From Methanobrevibacter sp. (GTDB lineage: Archaea > Methanobacteriota > Methanobacteria > Methanobacteriales > Methanobacteriaceae), in the NCBI RefSeq assembly GCF_045220775.1, contig NZ_JBGUWC010000078.1, positions 12,120 to 76,119 on the forward strand: DNA of 64,000 bases, in the 5' to 3' direction. Positions within the stretch are counted from its first letter, which is position 1. The number at the start of each line of letters is the position of its first letter. The position numbers were made by a program, and so were the translations under genes. This document shows, in pieces, positions 47,423 through 57,163 of the stretch. Under the pieces are notes generated by a model that searched no databases, was not told where the DNA came from, and was given only the letters and a program-made list of their open reading frames with translations.

Positions 47423-48253
47423 CTATTTTTCCAAATTTACGCGTTCGGGAGCTGTGAAAACAGTGAATCTATTATCCCGAACAAAACCAACCATCGTAAT
47501 GTTGCCTGCACGAGCCACATCAATACCGGATGATGCCGGTGCCGCATTTGAAATAATGATTGGAATTCCAACCCTGATTACCTTAATCAGCATGTCCGCA
47601 GGCATTCTTCCACTATAAGATATATAACATTTTGAGAAATCATATCCCTCTTTTGAAGCCGCTCCAATTACCTTATCAACTGCAACATGACGGCTTACGT
47701 CCTCACGAATGATAATCTTATCTTCATATTTCAATTGGGCGACATGGACCCCACCTGTTTTCTGCCAGATTTTAGCCTCATCGGTCAAATGTTGAATGTC
47801 CTTGATAATTTGAGTTGCATCAATCCTTAAATCTGATGTGTTTGGTTCGATTGTTTTTAGCTCGGATCTGATTCCACCGGCATTATCGGAATTTACCCCC
47901 TGATATTCTAGCAGTCTGCACACACAGGCATGCTCGCAATTGCCCTTTCTCTCCTGAACAATACCTTCCTGTTCCAAATCCTCTTCAGGGTCATGAGTAA
48001 GCTTTGTAGAGACCAGAACATTGGTTCCATCAAGTTCAATGGAGTTGATGTCAGAATAGTCTTTAATCAACCCTTCCCCTAAACAATATCCTATAGCAAA
48101 GTCCTTTAAATCCTTAGGATATGTTGAAAACTTACGGGGAGGCAAATAATCAATGAACAAATAAGTGTATTCATCATCAACGCTGTTTTCCTTAATTGTT
48201 TCATAGCCTCCATCTTTCCATTGAATAACATCAGTTTGTCTTATGAACTCCAT
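47423..48253 (-). CDS. fdhD: FdhD-family sulfurtransferase (formate dehydrogenase accessory protein)
   Basis: TGGVHVAQL, EDVSRHVAVDKVIGA and SGRMPADMLIKV..GIPIIISNAAPASSGI...MVGFVR blocks. The Cys loop reads NCEHACVC. Confidence 0.85.
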   Translation of the reverse strand: MEFIRQTDVIQWKDGGYETIKENSVDDEYTYLFIDYLPPRKFSTYPKDLKDFAIGYCLGEGLIKDYSDINSIELDGTNVLVSTKLTHDPEEDLEQEGIVQERKGNCEHACVCRLLEYQGVNSDNAGGIRSELKTIEPNTSDLRIDATQIIKDIQHLTDEAKIWQKTGGVHVAQLKYEDKIIIREDVSRHVAVDKVIGAASKEGYDFSKCYISYSGRMPADMLIKVIRVGIPIIISNAAPASSGIDVARAGNITMVGFVRDNRFTVFTAPERVNLEK

Positions 48254-48270
48254 AAAATCACCTTAACATA

Positions 48271-49659
48271 CTATTTGCCGACCAATGCAATGTTTAGATA
48301 TTTCTTCAATTCATCACACTCTTCCGGATCGGCATTCTTCAGACTATTAATGCTTGTTTGCTTGTTATTTTTTGACAATTCAACATGAGTGTTAATGTAT
48401 CCATGTTCCTTAATCAGTTTCAGAAGCCTTTTTCCATATGTCAAATCAGGATTTGAAATACGATTAAGCATTAGACTTAGAGTGCGGTCTTCATCTATGC
48501 CCAGCACTTCACACATGCCATGCATTTCATTGATGATATCTGCTGCCCAGCTTTTAAGGGTTACTTCCTCGCCATCCCTAAGCAATCTCATTGATTCGAC
48601 ATAAGCAGATTCAGCAGTTGCCTCTTCATTATATTTGGCTTCCTTTTGCCAATCCTCATAATCGGACTCATCCTTAATGAACATATATATCAAAAACAGA
48701 TGCAGGAATTTCATGTCATGCATTACAAGTCCACATTTATAAAATGGATTGATATCCAAAGTCCTTATCTCAATATATTCAATTCCATCATTTTCTAAAG
48801 AATTCAACAAGTCTTGAGGGTTCTTTGGCTTTAATCTAATCTGAGTGTATAGCTCTTTTGCCTCGGACAAATCCCCCTCATCGATGAATTTGTTAATGTC
48901 ACTAACAAATTCCTTCACTGAGTCGTAAGATGGATATAGCTCCTTTAAGTTCTTATATCCGCATGAAGCGTTTCTAAATGATGGACCTTTTGTTGAGTAG
49001 AAACTTCCGTAATCGTCCTGCTCATCCATCAGATGCAAACAATCATTAGAGAATGTCTTATGTGAACCTATTGAACAGCCGGTCAGATATATAATCAGCC
49101 AGCAGTATCTTAGGTAGTTTCTAGCTATCTTCAAATAAACGTTATCCTTAAACTCCTTAAAAGTTAGATCAGAGCCTTCCATGCCATATAATTTGTTTAA
49201 TAAATCATCTGAAAATGAAAAATTAAAGTGAACTCCTGAAATCATCTGCTTTTTGACACCGTATTTTTTTGCCAGATCTTCACGGTATTTTTGAGAAGAT
49301 ATTCCCTCTTCGGAATATTGGGCAATTGGAATCTGGTCCCAATAAGGCAAAATACATGGAATTGATTGAAACCACAGATATTCATCTTCAGGCAGTGATG
49401 CATTGACAATGTCAGATAACAATGAAAAATTGTCAAATGCCTTGTCAATCGAATCGAAAGTCGGTGTGATTATTTCGATTTGGCTTTCTGAAAAATCCGT
49501 GGTTACAACAGGATTTGTTAGCTTATCACCAAATACCTCCGGATGAGGGGTTAATGATAGCTTTCCATCACCTTTTGCCCTTAAGCTTTCCCATTCTATC
49601 CCAAACGAACCAGCCAAGATTTCATCTACAGATAACTTTGATACGTTTAATAAATTCAT
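48271..49659 (-). CDS. gshA: glutamate--cysteine ligase, bacterial GshA type
   Basis: FGIEWESLRAKGDGKLSLTPHPEVFGDKLTNPVVTTDFSESQIEIITP parallels the E. coli GshA N-terminal block. ATG 49659 behind GGAGG is preferred to the TTG at 49671. Confidence 0.8.
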   Translation of the reverse strand: MNLLNVSKLSVDEILAGSFGIEWESLRAKGDGKLSLTPHPEVFGDKLTNPVVTTDFSESQIEIITPTFDSIDKAFDNFSLLSDIVNASLPEDEYLWFQSIPCILPYWDQIPIAQYSEEGISSQKYREDLAKKYGVKKQMISGVHFNFSFSDDLLNKLYGMEGSDLTFKEFKDNVYLKIARNYLRYCWLIIYLTGCSIGSHKTFSNDCLHLMDEQDDYGSFYSTKGPSFRNASCGYKNLKELYPSYDSVKEFVSDINKFIDEGDLSEAKELYTQIRLKPKNPQDLLNSLENDGIEYIEIRTLDINPFYKCGLVMHDMKFLHLFLIYMFIKDESDYEDWQKEAKYNEEATAESAYVESMRLLRDGEEVTLKSWAADIINEMHGMCEVLGIDEDRTLSLMLNRISNPDLTYGKRLLKLIKEHGYINTHVELSKNNKQTSINSLKNADPEECDELKKYLNIALVGK

Positions 49660-49682
49660 TTCTCCTCCCAAAAATTATGAAT

Positions 49683-51074
49683 CTAATCTAATTTACCATA
49701 ATCTCTAATTAATTCTTCCAATTCAGCACCGTTATGCATTGATGTGATAATGTCCTTTCCAGGATTAGTGTGCTGTTTAATGCGCTCATATAACGGATTC
49801 AAGAAAATCTCTTCACCAATGCCTCTTTCTTTTAGTCCTCTGTCTGCTAAATCAACAACATCCTTTGTTAATTTACATAAATCATTTTTATCAATAAATG
49901 CTGGAAGTTCATCCTGTATCAGCAGTTTTCTGAGTTCCCCTGCAGTGTACCCCTTGTGATATATTACATTATCATTATTAATTAACTCTTCAAGCTCGTC
50001 CAATTTCTCCTTAAGGCCTAAATGGAATGCTGCAACAGACATTGAGTCCCTAATCGGCTGAGTGCAGACGCTTCTGAATTCCACTGTTCCCCTGAATGTC
50101 AGATTAATGAATTTGAACGGCCTTAAATATTTGATGTCCTTGATGCATGGCTTTATTTCAATTTCCCTGTACTCTCCATTGCTGTATATTTCACCGCAAA
50201 CATAATCCTTTTTAAAGTATTCGAGCAGATTCATTGACGGGAAGTTGATGTATGCCCCATCACGCATTACGCAATAGATATTTAAGGATTCCAGATATGC
50301 CTGCAAATCATCGAGATTTTTAAAGTCAACATCATACATACCAATGTTGTGAGGATTTACTCCATGTGTTGAATATTCCCATAAAGCATCCCTAAAGCAG
50401 GTTACATGCTTGTTTTCATCCACCAGAACTGAATTTGAGAACAGCAATGCCTTTATAGGTTCGATTTTTGAGAATACATTGATTGTCTTTACCAGCTCAT
50501 CCTTATATACATCCAGCTGAACCTGTGAAGCGGATGAAAACATTCCATATTCCGGATAATCATGAAAATGCATAGGAACATTCCTGTAGTTCTTAAAAGA
50601 TTTCAGATGATGATAAAGCATCAGATATCTCTCGGACGGAATCGGCTGATTCTTGTTATATTTTCTATATGGATTTATGCCCATTCCGGTCAATGTGTGG
50701 TTAAATTCCTCAAAGCATTCCTTTGTAAATGCATAATAATCGCAAAAACGGTCGTATATGGAAAACAGATCCTTTTCCCTGCCCATCGCAAATTCGATAT
50801 TATTGTATGAACAGTCATAACAGAATATGTCATCATTATTGTTGTTTTTAAGAGAAAAGACATTTCCATCATAGTCAATGCCATCTTCCTTAAAATCTGA
50901 GTACTGTTTTTGAAACTTGTCAGTGACCTTATGAACAACACCAAAGTCCACTGCCGTCTTATCAAGATTAATAATGGGAATTTCAATCTCAATACCAACA
51001 AAGTTCTTCTTCTGTTCCGTTGGCTTTATGAATTCATCATATAATTTATTCCTCACCGTTTCTTCACTAATCAT
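49683..51074 (-). CDS. glutamate-cysteine-ligase-superfamily carboxylate-amine ligase (GCS2/EgtA-like), substrate unknown
   Basis: FVGIEIEIPI, NIEFA, SSASQVQLDV and GTVEFRS follow the GCL/GS fold pattern. ATG 51074 overlaps the upstream stop by 8 nt. Confidence 0.6.
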   Translation of the reverse strand: MISEETVRNKLYDEFIKPTEQKKNFVGIEIEIPIINLDKTAVDFGVVHKVTDKFQKQYSDFKEDGIDYDGNVFSLKNNNNDDIFCYDCSYNNIEFAMGREKDLFSIYDRFCDYYAFTKECFEEFNHTLTGMGINPYRKYNKNQPIPSERYLMLYHHLKSFKNYRNVPMHFHDYPEYGMFSSASQVQLDVYKDELVKTINVFSKIEPIKALLFSNSVLVDENKHVTCFRDALWEYSTHGVNPHNIGMYDVDFKNLDDLQAYLESLNIYCVMRDGAYINFPSMNLLEYFKKDYVCGEIYSNGEYREIEIKPCIKDIKYLRPFKFINLTFRGTVEFRSVCTQPIRDSMSVAAFHLGLKEKLDELEELINNDNVIYHKGYTAGELRKLLIQDELPAFIDKNDLCKLTKDVVDLADRGLKERGIGEEIFLNPLYERIKQHTNPGKDIITSMHNGAELEELIRDYGKLD

Positions 51075-51864
51075 TATTATCAACCTGATTTATTGATTTT
51101 AAAAAATCTTCAATTGCTTTTTCATGTTCTTCAGTCAATATAAACTCGTTTTGATGCTCTTCACTTTCAAAAATGATATTTCCATCAATCAGACCGAATA
51201 GCTTATTTAATTCTACAGGTTTCCAACCTTCATCATCCGTTAGTGGAGTTGAAGCAACCAAAAATCCTTCATCGTTTTTCAAGTAATAAAGCGAATCCCT
51301 CATATTCGAATGGATATAAGTCAAGTCGCCATCGTAAATCATTAGATTAACCTTATTATTTTTAGATAAGTCAACAATAATGTCATTTAATAGATTAAAC
51401 CTCTCTTTTATGGTGGACAGGCCACCTTTATTTCTCTCAAACTCGTTAACCTTATCTATGATGTATAAAAGTATTCGCTCAGAATCAGTATCCCCATTTT
51501 CCTTATCCTTGTATTCATCGAGTTTAGGATAATCGAATATGGTTCCGTTGTGTATCAACATCCATGATCTGTTATTGTCATCAGCTTCTGTGAAAGGGTG
51601 GCAATTGGGAGATATGATTTCACCCACAGTAGCCAATCTGATGTGAGCGAACACGTTTTTTCCAACAACAGGATGGGATAATATATCTTTCAAGTGTTGG
51701 CTACATGTTGCTTTTACAGGCTCTTTATCTATAACAAATTCATCGGATTGCATAGTGGCCAATCCCCATCCGTGCGGATGCTCTTCTGAGTGATTGTAAA
51801 AACATTCAAGACACTTGTTAATTTGTTTTGGCGTATTTGAATTAAAACAAAAAATTTCACACAT
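51067..51864 (-). CDS. class II (Ntn) glutamine amidotransferase-like protein, YafJ/EgtC type
   Basis: Begins MCEIF (catalytic Cys2) with HPHGWGLA downstream. GGAGGG ribosome-binding site 9 nt upstream. Confidence 0.8.
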   Translation of the reverse strand: MCEIFCFNSNTPKQINKCLECFYNHSEEHPHGWGLATMQSDEFVIDKEPVKATCSQHLKDILSHPVVGKNVFAHIRLATVGEIISPNCHPFTEADDNNRSWMLIHNGTIFDYPKLDEYKDKENGDTDSERILLYIIDKVNEFERNKGGLSTIKERFNLLNDIIVDLSKNNKVNLMIYDGDLTYIHSNMRDSLYYLKNDEGFLVASTPLTDDEGWKPVELNKLFGLIDGNIIFESEEHQNEFILTEEHEKAIEDFLKSINQVDNND

Positions 51865-51887
51865 ACATTACCCTCCTATCATTTAAT

Positions 51888-51909
51888 ATCACAATTGTTA
51901 TATTGTGAT
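51888..51909. promoter_or_regulatory. operator-like element (site D): TCACAATTGTTA nested in ATCACAAT-N6-ATTGTGAT
   Basis: 13-mer ACAATTGTTATAT at 51891-51903. 8-bp inverted arms at 51888-51895 and 51902-51909. The element lies between a minus-strand TTTATATAA box (51932-51940) and the RBS of the amidotransferase gene. Confidence 0.55.
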
Positions 51910-52035
51910 AAGTATTGTTTTATAACTCATGTTATATAAACATTAACATGACCATATTTAAATTCATGACAATTTTAATATAGGAATAGGGAAAAAGAAC
52001 TTATATAATAATTAAATTCATTAATATTGATTGCT

Positions 52036-52590
52036 ATGTTCACTTATCCCAAAATACTAAAACGAAAGGATTTGAAAAGAATTTCCAAATATCCCTGTGA
52101 TGATGAAATAAAGGATGCCTACATCAAATACCTGTCAAACTACTCATTTAAGGAGTTTGTAAAATATTGTGAAGACAATGATGATAAGGATATGGAAGAC
52201 CTAATCTTTAGCTTCACAGATTTGCAATTGGAAAGATTTGAACCTAATTCACTGATTTGGGTTTCACATGCGATGATTAACTTCCTGATTTATTTTGAAG
52301 TGAATCTGGATTATGATGAGTATTATGATGCATATGCAACAGCCATTCAATTTACAGTATTGTCCTGCGCCATGAAAATGACATTGAACAAGATTCCTTT
52401 TGAGGAAGTGCCGTTTCCCGAACATTCAAAAATCTGCTTTGAAAAACTATTTGACAAAAACCCTGATTTTAAATTCAATTTGGAAAACGATTGTAATCTG
52501 GCTTATAACTCATTCAATACTAATTTTGACTTTACAAGCGAAGAGTTTTACTTGAAAATGAAAGCGCATTTTGACGAATGCAACTATTAA
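52036..52590 (+). CDS. hypothetical protein (184 aa)
   Basis: Intact ORF divergent from the amidotransferase operon. ATG 52036 is preferred to the TTG at 52027. No motif recognised. Confidence 0.4.
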   Translation: MFTYPKILKRKDLKRISKYPCDDEIKDAYIKYLSNYSFKEFVKYCEDNDDKDMEDLIFSFTDLQLERFEPNSLIWVSHAMINFLIYFEVNLDYDEYYDAYATAIQFTVLSCAMKMTLNKIPFEEVPFPEHSKICFEKLFDKNPDFKFNLENDCNLAYNSFNTNFDFTSEEFYLKMKAHFDECNY

Positions 52591-52621
52591 TTATTTTTTG
52601 CAAAAAGAGTAAAAAAAAGAA

Positions 52622-53641
52622 TTATAATAATTCTTTTCTTAAATCGATAGTGTCCTTTAAATCCGGTCCAGTTGAAATAATGGTTACAGGAACACCTGTC
52701 TCATTTTGAATATTTTCAATGAACGCTTTGGTTTCGGCTGATAGCTCGTCATAGTCCTGTACGCGAGCACAATCAAACAACTTATCAACACATGTTAAAG
52801 CGATTTGGGTTGCCCCATTGATTCTGCAGGATTCCTTTGCAAGCTCCATGTCAAAGTAACCGATTCTTCTACGTCTTCCGGTAACGACACCGTATTCTTC
52901 AAGGCCTTTGCTTTCAGCCTCTTCCTGAGTCATTTCGGTTGGGAACGGACCTTCACCAACACGTGAAATATATGATTTGAATACTGCAATGACTTCATCT
53001 ACTTTAGTTGGTCCTACTCCTACATCAGCGGCAAAGGTTGATGCGGTAGTGTCCTTACTGGTTACAAACGGATAGGTTCCATAATAAAGGGAAAGGGCAA
53101 ATCCTTGTGATCCTTCAATGAATACTTCTTCACCATTGTCGATAGCTTCATTGCAAGCAAGGGATACATCAGTGATGTATTCTTCAAGTTCTGGAATGTC
53201 ACGAGCCAAATCAATGGTTCTCATTACTCTGTCTGAGTTTGCCGGTCCGCAACCTGATCCGGTACTTCCAATCTTTTTAGCCAAATGTTCAGAGTTCTTG
53301 TCTCTGGTCATGTGGTCTTCATTAATAATTGCGCATCTAGGATCAACGCACATTCTTTCCTTTACGTTATATTTCTTTAAGTCTTCAAATTCTTTAAATA
53401 ATACATCCGGGTTTACTAAAACTCCTGCTCCAATCATGAGTTTAGCGCCTGTATGTACAAAACCTGAAGGGGTAAGTCTTAAACCATATTTTTCTCCATT
53501 GAATTCAACGGAATGGCCTGCATTTGGCCCGACTCCTGCACGAGCGATAATGTCTGGTTTATCATTGTCACAAAGGTAGGTAATACATTTTCCTTTACCT
53601 TCATCCCCCCATGCTCCTCCAACTAAAATACTACAAGTCAT
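52622..53641 (-). CDS. purA: adenylosuccinate synthetase (short archaeal type)
   Basis: [12 protein letters not shown]-loop, [15 protein letters not shown] and TGRRRR blocks. Confidence 0.9.
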   Translation of the reverse strand: MTCSILVGGAWGDEGKGKCITYLCDNDKPDIIARAGVGPNAGHSVEFNGEKYGLRLTPSGFVHTGAKLMIGAGVLVNPDVLFKEFEDLKKYNVKERMCVDPRCAIINEDHMTRDKNSEHLAKKIGSTGSGCGPANSDRVMRTIDLARDIPELEEYITDVSLACNEAIDNGEEVFIEGSQGFALSLYYGTYPFVTSKDTTASTFAADVGVGPTKVDEVIAVFKSYISRVGEGPFPTEMTQEEAESKGLEEYGVVTGRRRRIGYFDMELAKESCRINGATQIALTCVDKLFDCARVQDYDELSAETKAFIENIQNETGVPVTIISTGPDLKDTIDLRKELL

Positions 53642-53778
53642 TTAATAACTCCTTAAAAATTAATAAGTGAAAATCAGTAAAATTTTCATACCACTATTAT
53701 TATATAATTTATCTATAAAATAGTTTTCTAAAATTGAACAAAATTAGATATAAAATAAAAAAATTAAAAAAAGTAAAA

Positions 53779-54372
53779 TCAATCCTTTTTGAACATCAAA
53801 GGATGATTTTCACACATAGGGTCTTTAATGATATTCCTTTTCAGATGATATTTTAGGAAATAAAGCATCCATTGGTTTGAAAGCTCCCTAAGTGATGCGT
53901 CATCCAACCTTTCAAATGGAGAGAAGAAATCCATCTGGTTTCCGCCTACAACAACAGCGATTTCATCTGTTTCAAACAGCATGAAAAAGTCATTTCTGAT
54001 ATTGTGGATATCGAATTCGTCTGAAACGGAAACGGATTTTTGCTTTTTAAAGTCGTAGAAGAATTTATTCAGATATTCAAAATCGATGAATTCGAGATTT
54101 TTAACATTGAAAACAAACTCTTCACTCAATAGATTATATTTGTAATTATATCTTGATAGAAAGTCGATGTCCCAGATATTCTTATAAAAAACTGTGAAAA
54201 ATGAATCTTCAGCAAATCGGACAACCAATGAAAAGCTTTCATCTGACCTTGGGGTGCCTAGCTCAACATCCCTAAACTGCAAGTAGATTGAATCTTGAGA
54301 CACTTCAATTGAAGTCCATTTGCCTGAATTAATAATAACCTCACGAATTAATTTTAATGACCTTACATTCAT
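53779..54372 (-). CDS. hypothetical protein (197 aa)
   Basis: Last gene of a co-directional run behind dapL. No motif recognised. Confidence 0.4.
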   Translation of the reverse strand: MNVRSLKLIREVIINSGKWTSIEVSQDSIYLQFRDVELGTPRSDESFSLVVRFAEDSFFTVFYKNIWDIDFLSRYNYKYNLLSEEFVFNVKNLEFIDFEYLNKFFYDFKKQKSVSVSDEFDIHNIRNDFFMLFETDEIAVVVGGNQMDFFSPFERLDDASLRELSNQWMLYFLKYHLKRNIIKDPMCENHPLMFKKD

Positions 54373-54380
54373 TTTAACAC

Positions 54381-54989
54381 CTAGTTCTTAATAAAAACTT
54401 CATACGCTCCTTCTATTTCATATTCCTTATTTTCATCATAGGACTTATCCCATTTGAATGGATTAATCTCAATCTGGTTGTTAATGGTTTCGTCCCAATC
54501 GATATTGAAATTCTCTTCCTTCAAGCATTTAGAAACTGTTTTGCCGATTTCCAATGCCTTATCCTCATTGTTTTCAAAATCACCGAAAGTGATTTTAAGC
54601 TTATTGTCGAAAAGCGCATCCTCAACATCCTCAAATGTGTAAAAGCAGAACCCATCTGCTTGAAACTTGTTATTGTTTAGATGGACAAACAGCTCGAATG
54701 CATCCGCCACACCCTCTTCGATGTCAAATCCGCAATTGTGAATAGCTACGATTTTTTCACCTGCCAAGGATGAAAAAGCCTTTTCCAACTTGGAAAAGTT
54801 TTCGCCTGAAAAGTCATTTGATGGAATCTCACAGCCTGAAAAATCAATTTCCTCCTCTATAAACTGATCTTCAAGTATTTCAATGATTTCATCATGTGAA
54901 AAAAACCCAGATTTAGCAAGTAAATCTTTTAAGTATTCAATTTCCTCCACTAAATCCTGATTCATTTTCCCACTATTCCTCTTCATCAT
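54381..54989 (-). CDS. hypothetical acidic protein (202 aa)
   Basis: Overlaps the upstream gene by 17 nt if the first ATG is used (alternative ATG at 54965). No motif recognised. The composition resembles small cytoplasmic immunity-type proteins. Confidence 0.4.
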   Translation of the reverse strand: MMKRNSGKMNQDLVEEIEYLKDLLAKSGFFSHDEIIEILEDQFIEEEIDFSGCEIPSNDFSGENFSKLEKAFSSLAGEKIVAIHNCGFDIEEGVADAFELFVHLNNNKFQADGFCFYTFEDVEDALFDNKLKITFGDFENNEDKALEIGKTVSKCLKEENFNIDWDETINNQIEINPFKWDKSYDENKEYEIEGAYEVFIKN

Positions 54990-55671
54990 ACATTAGGATA
55001 CGAGTAATGTTTCCCCTTTCGGTAAATCCGACAATGATTCTGCTTTCGCCAATCTTGGCCACTGCAAAATCGTCATGCGGTTTGAAACCGTATCCCTTAA
55101 GTTTAGTATATGCTTCAAAGGCAATTTTAGGATAAATCCTGAAATTTTTCTGGAACTTGTAAAATGTATTTCTGAACCTTAAAAGGGAATTGTCTTCCTT
55201 AATGTCATCTGATTCGACGGCTACGAAAATATCCAATCCATCTTCTGAAACGGCATAATAAGCATCGTAGTTTAGGAATGCAGTTGCGGTCATCGCTATG
55301 GAATGGCATGCATCATAATTCAATTGAATGATTGGTGCTGCAAACTCTGTAATGCCGAATTCATCTCCAACTGCCTTGATTTTGATGGAAGCCTGAATCA
55401 GGTTTTTTCCGAAGATGTCCTCATTGTCCCAAGCCCATGACCATTGGTTCAATTCATCTGAATAGAATCCTAAAATCTGAACCGGCATCCTGATGTCACC
55501 GAAAGTTATAAAACCTTTTTCAAGATCCAGCTCTCCTTTAGTATCGCCAATTAAATCTGAAAGGTTTTCCTGCTTGTCAAACCCTAAGGCACCATATTTG
55601 GACAATACCATCTTAAATGAATCGCCTTCTTCGATTGTAATTTCCTTTTCTATTACTTTCAATTTCAACAC
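54973..55671 (-). CDS. hypothetical protein, DUF6882-like (tentative)
   Basis: ITFGDIRMPVQILGFYSDELNQWSWAWDN resembles the W.WAW block I recall for DUF6882. GTG start directly after the dapL TAG. Confidence 0.4.
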   Translation of the reverse strand: MLKLKVIEKEITIEEGDSFKMVLSKYGALGFDKQENLSDLIGDTKGELDLEKGFITFGDIRMPVQILGFYSDELNQWSWAWDNEDIFGKNLIQASIKIKAVGDEFGITEFAAPIIQLNYDACHSIAMTATAFLNYDAYYAVSEDGLDIFVAVESDDIKEDNSLLRFRNTFYKFQKNFRIYPKIAFEAYTKLKGYGFKPHDDFAVAKIGESRIIVGFTERGNITRILMYDEEE

Positions 55672-56907
55672 CTAAAATTCTAATTTTGAAATTCTGTCCA
55701 TCGCCTCTTTGGTATTTTCCAAAGTGTTGAATGCAGTAAGTCTCAAGTATCCTTCACCGCTCGGCCCGAATCCTGAACCAGGAGTTCCAACGACGTTTGC
55801 CTCATTCAGCAATAAGTCAAAGAAGTCCCAGGAGTCCATGTCATTAGGGGTCTTTACCCAAATGTAAGGGGAGCTTACTCCACCATAGACTTCAAGGCCG
55901 ATGTCTGATAGGCTTTCACGAATTACCTTGGCGTTTGCCATGTAATAGTCAACAACCTCTTTGATTTGTGCTTGGCCTTCTTCGGAGTAGGTTGCTTCGG
56001 CAGCCCTTTGAACCGGATAGGATGCACCGTTGAACTTGGTGGTTTGTCTTCTGTTCCATAACGGATTGATTTCAACTTCGTTGCCTTCGCTGTCATAACC
56101 TATCAATTCCTTAGGAACGACTGTGTATGCGCAACGTGTTCCGGTAAATCCTGCAGTCTTTGAATAGCTCTTGAATTCAATAGCCACTTCTTTTGCACCT
56201 TCAATTTCATAAATGCTGTGCGGAACGTCATCTTCTGTTATGAACACTTCATAAGCTGCATCGAATAAAATGATTGCCTTGTTTTCCTTTGCATATTCAA
56301 CAAACACTTTCAATTGATCTTTGGTCAATGTTGTACCGGTCGGGTTGTTCGGGTAGCATAGGTAGATTATGTCTACAGGTTCGGACGGAAGTTCCGGAAC
56401 GAATCCATTTTCCGCATTGCATTTGAGATATGTCAAGCCTTCATACATTCCGTCATCGCCCATTTCACCTGTTCTGCCTGCCATTACATTGGTGTCAACA
56501 TAAACTGTGTAAACAGGATCAGTTACTGTAATCCTGTTGTCGATGCCGAATATTTCCTGAATGTTACCAGTATCGCATTTTGCCCCGTCGCTGATGAATA
56601 CCTCTGAAGTATCAAGAGAAATTCCGTATTTTTCATAGTCATTTTTAATTATGGCTTCTGCTAAAAAATCGTAACCCTGTTCCGGACCATATCCCATGAA
56701 GGTTTCTGCGTCTCCCATTTCATCCACTGCATCTCTAAACGCTTTTACAACCGCAGGAACCAATGGTTTGGTTACATCCCCAATACCCATTTTTATTACG
56801 TCTGCATCAGGATTATTTTTTACAAATTCCGCTTCTCTTCTAGCTACTTCAACAAAAAGGTAACTGCTTTTTAATTTAAGATAGTTTTCATTAATTTTAA
56901 CAACCAT
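55672..56907 (-). CDS. dapL: LL-diaminopimelate aminotransferase
   Basis: [20 protein letters not shown]-terminus and PLP-lysine block [15 protein letters not shown]. 411 aa. Confidence 0.9.
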   Translation of the reverse strand: MVVKINENYLKLKSSYLFVEVARREAEFVKNNPDADVIKMGIGDVTKPLVPAVVKAFRDAVDEMGDAETFMGYGPEQGYDFLAEAIIKNDYEKYGISLDTSEVFISDGAKCDTGNIQEIFGIDNRITVTDPVYTVYVDTNVMAGRTGEMGDDGMYEGLTYLKCNAENGFVPELPSEPVDIIYLCYPNNPTGTTLTKDQLKVFVEYAKENKAIILFDAAYEVFITEDDVPHSIYEIEGAKEVAIEFKSYSKTAGFTGTRCAYTVVPKELIGYDSEGNEVEINPLWNRRQTTKFNGASYPVQRAAEATYSEEGQAQIKEVVDYYMANAKVIRESLSDIGLEVYGGVSSPYIWVKTPNDMDSWDFFDLLLNEANVVGTPGSGFGPSGEGYLRLTAFNTLENTKEAMDRISKLEF

Positions 56908-57163
56908 GATTAATCCTCATAAACAATTATTAATCTAATTTATAATTTATTTTAGAGCATATATAAAATGATTGTTTAAGAAAAATTAACCGAAAATTAA
57001 TATTTTCTAAGGAAAAATAATTTAAAAATTGTCTGATTTAAGGCATGAAACGAAATTTCAGGATTAACATAAATGCAAAATAAATGTTTCATATATAAAA
57101 ATATTTAAATCATTGAATATGACATATATAATAATATATTAAAAAATAAGGGTTGGGATAATA

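Noticed and set aside
53118-53579. 153-aa plus-strand ORF inside purA
   Set aside because: It is antisense to adenylosuccinate synthetase, is a low-complexity S/L/P-rich translation and has no ribosome-binding site.
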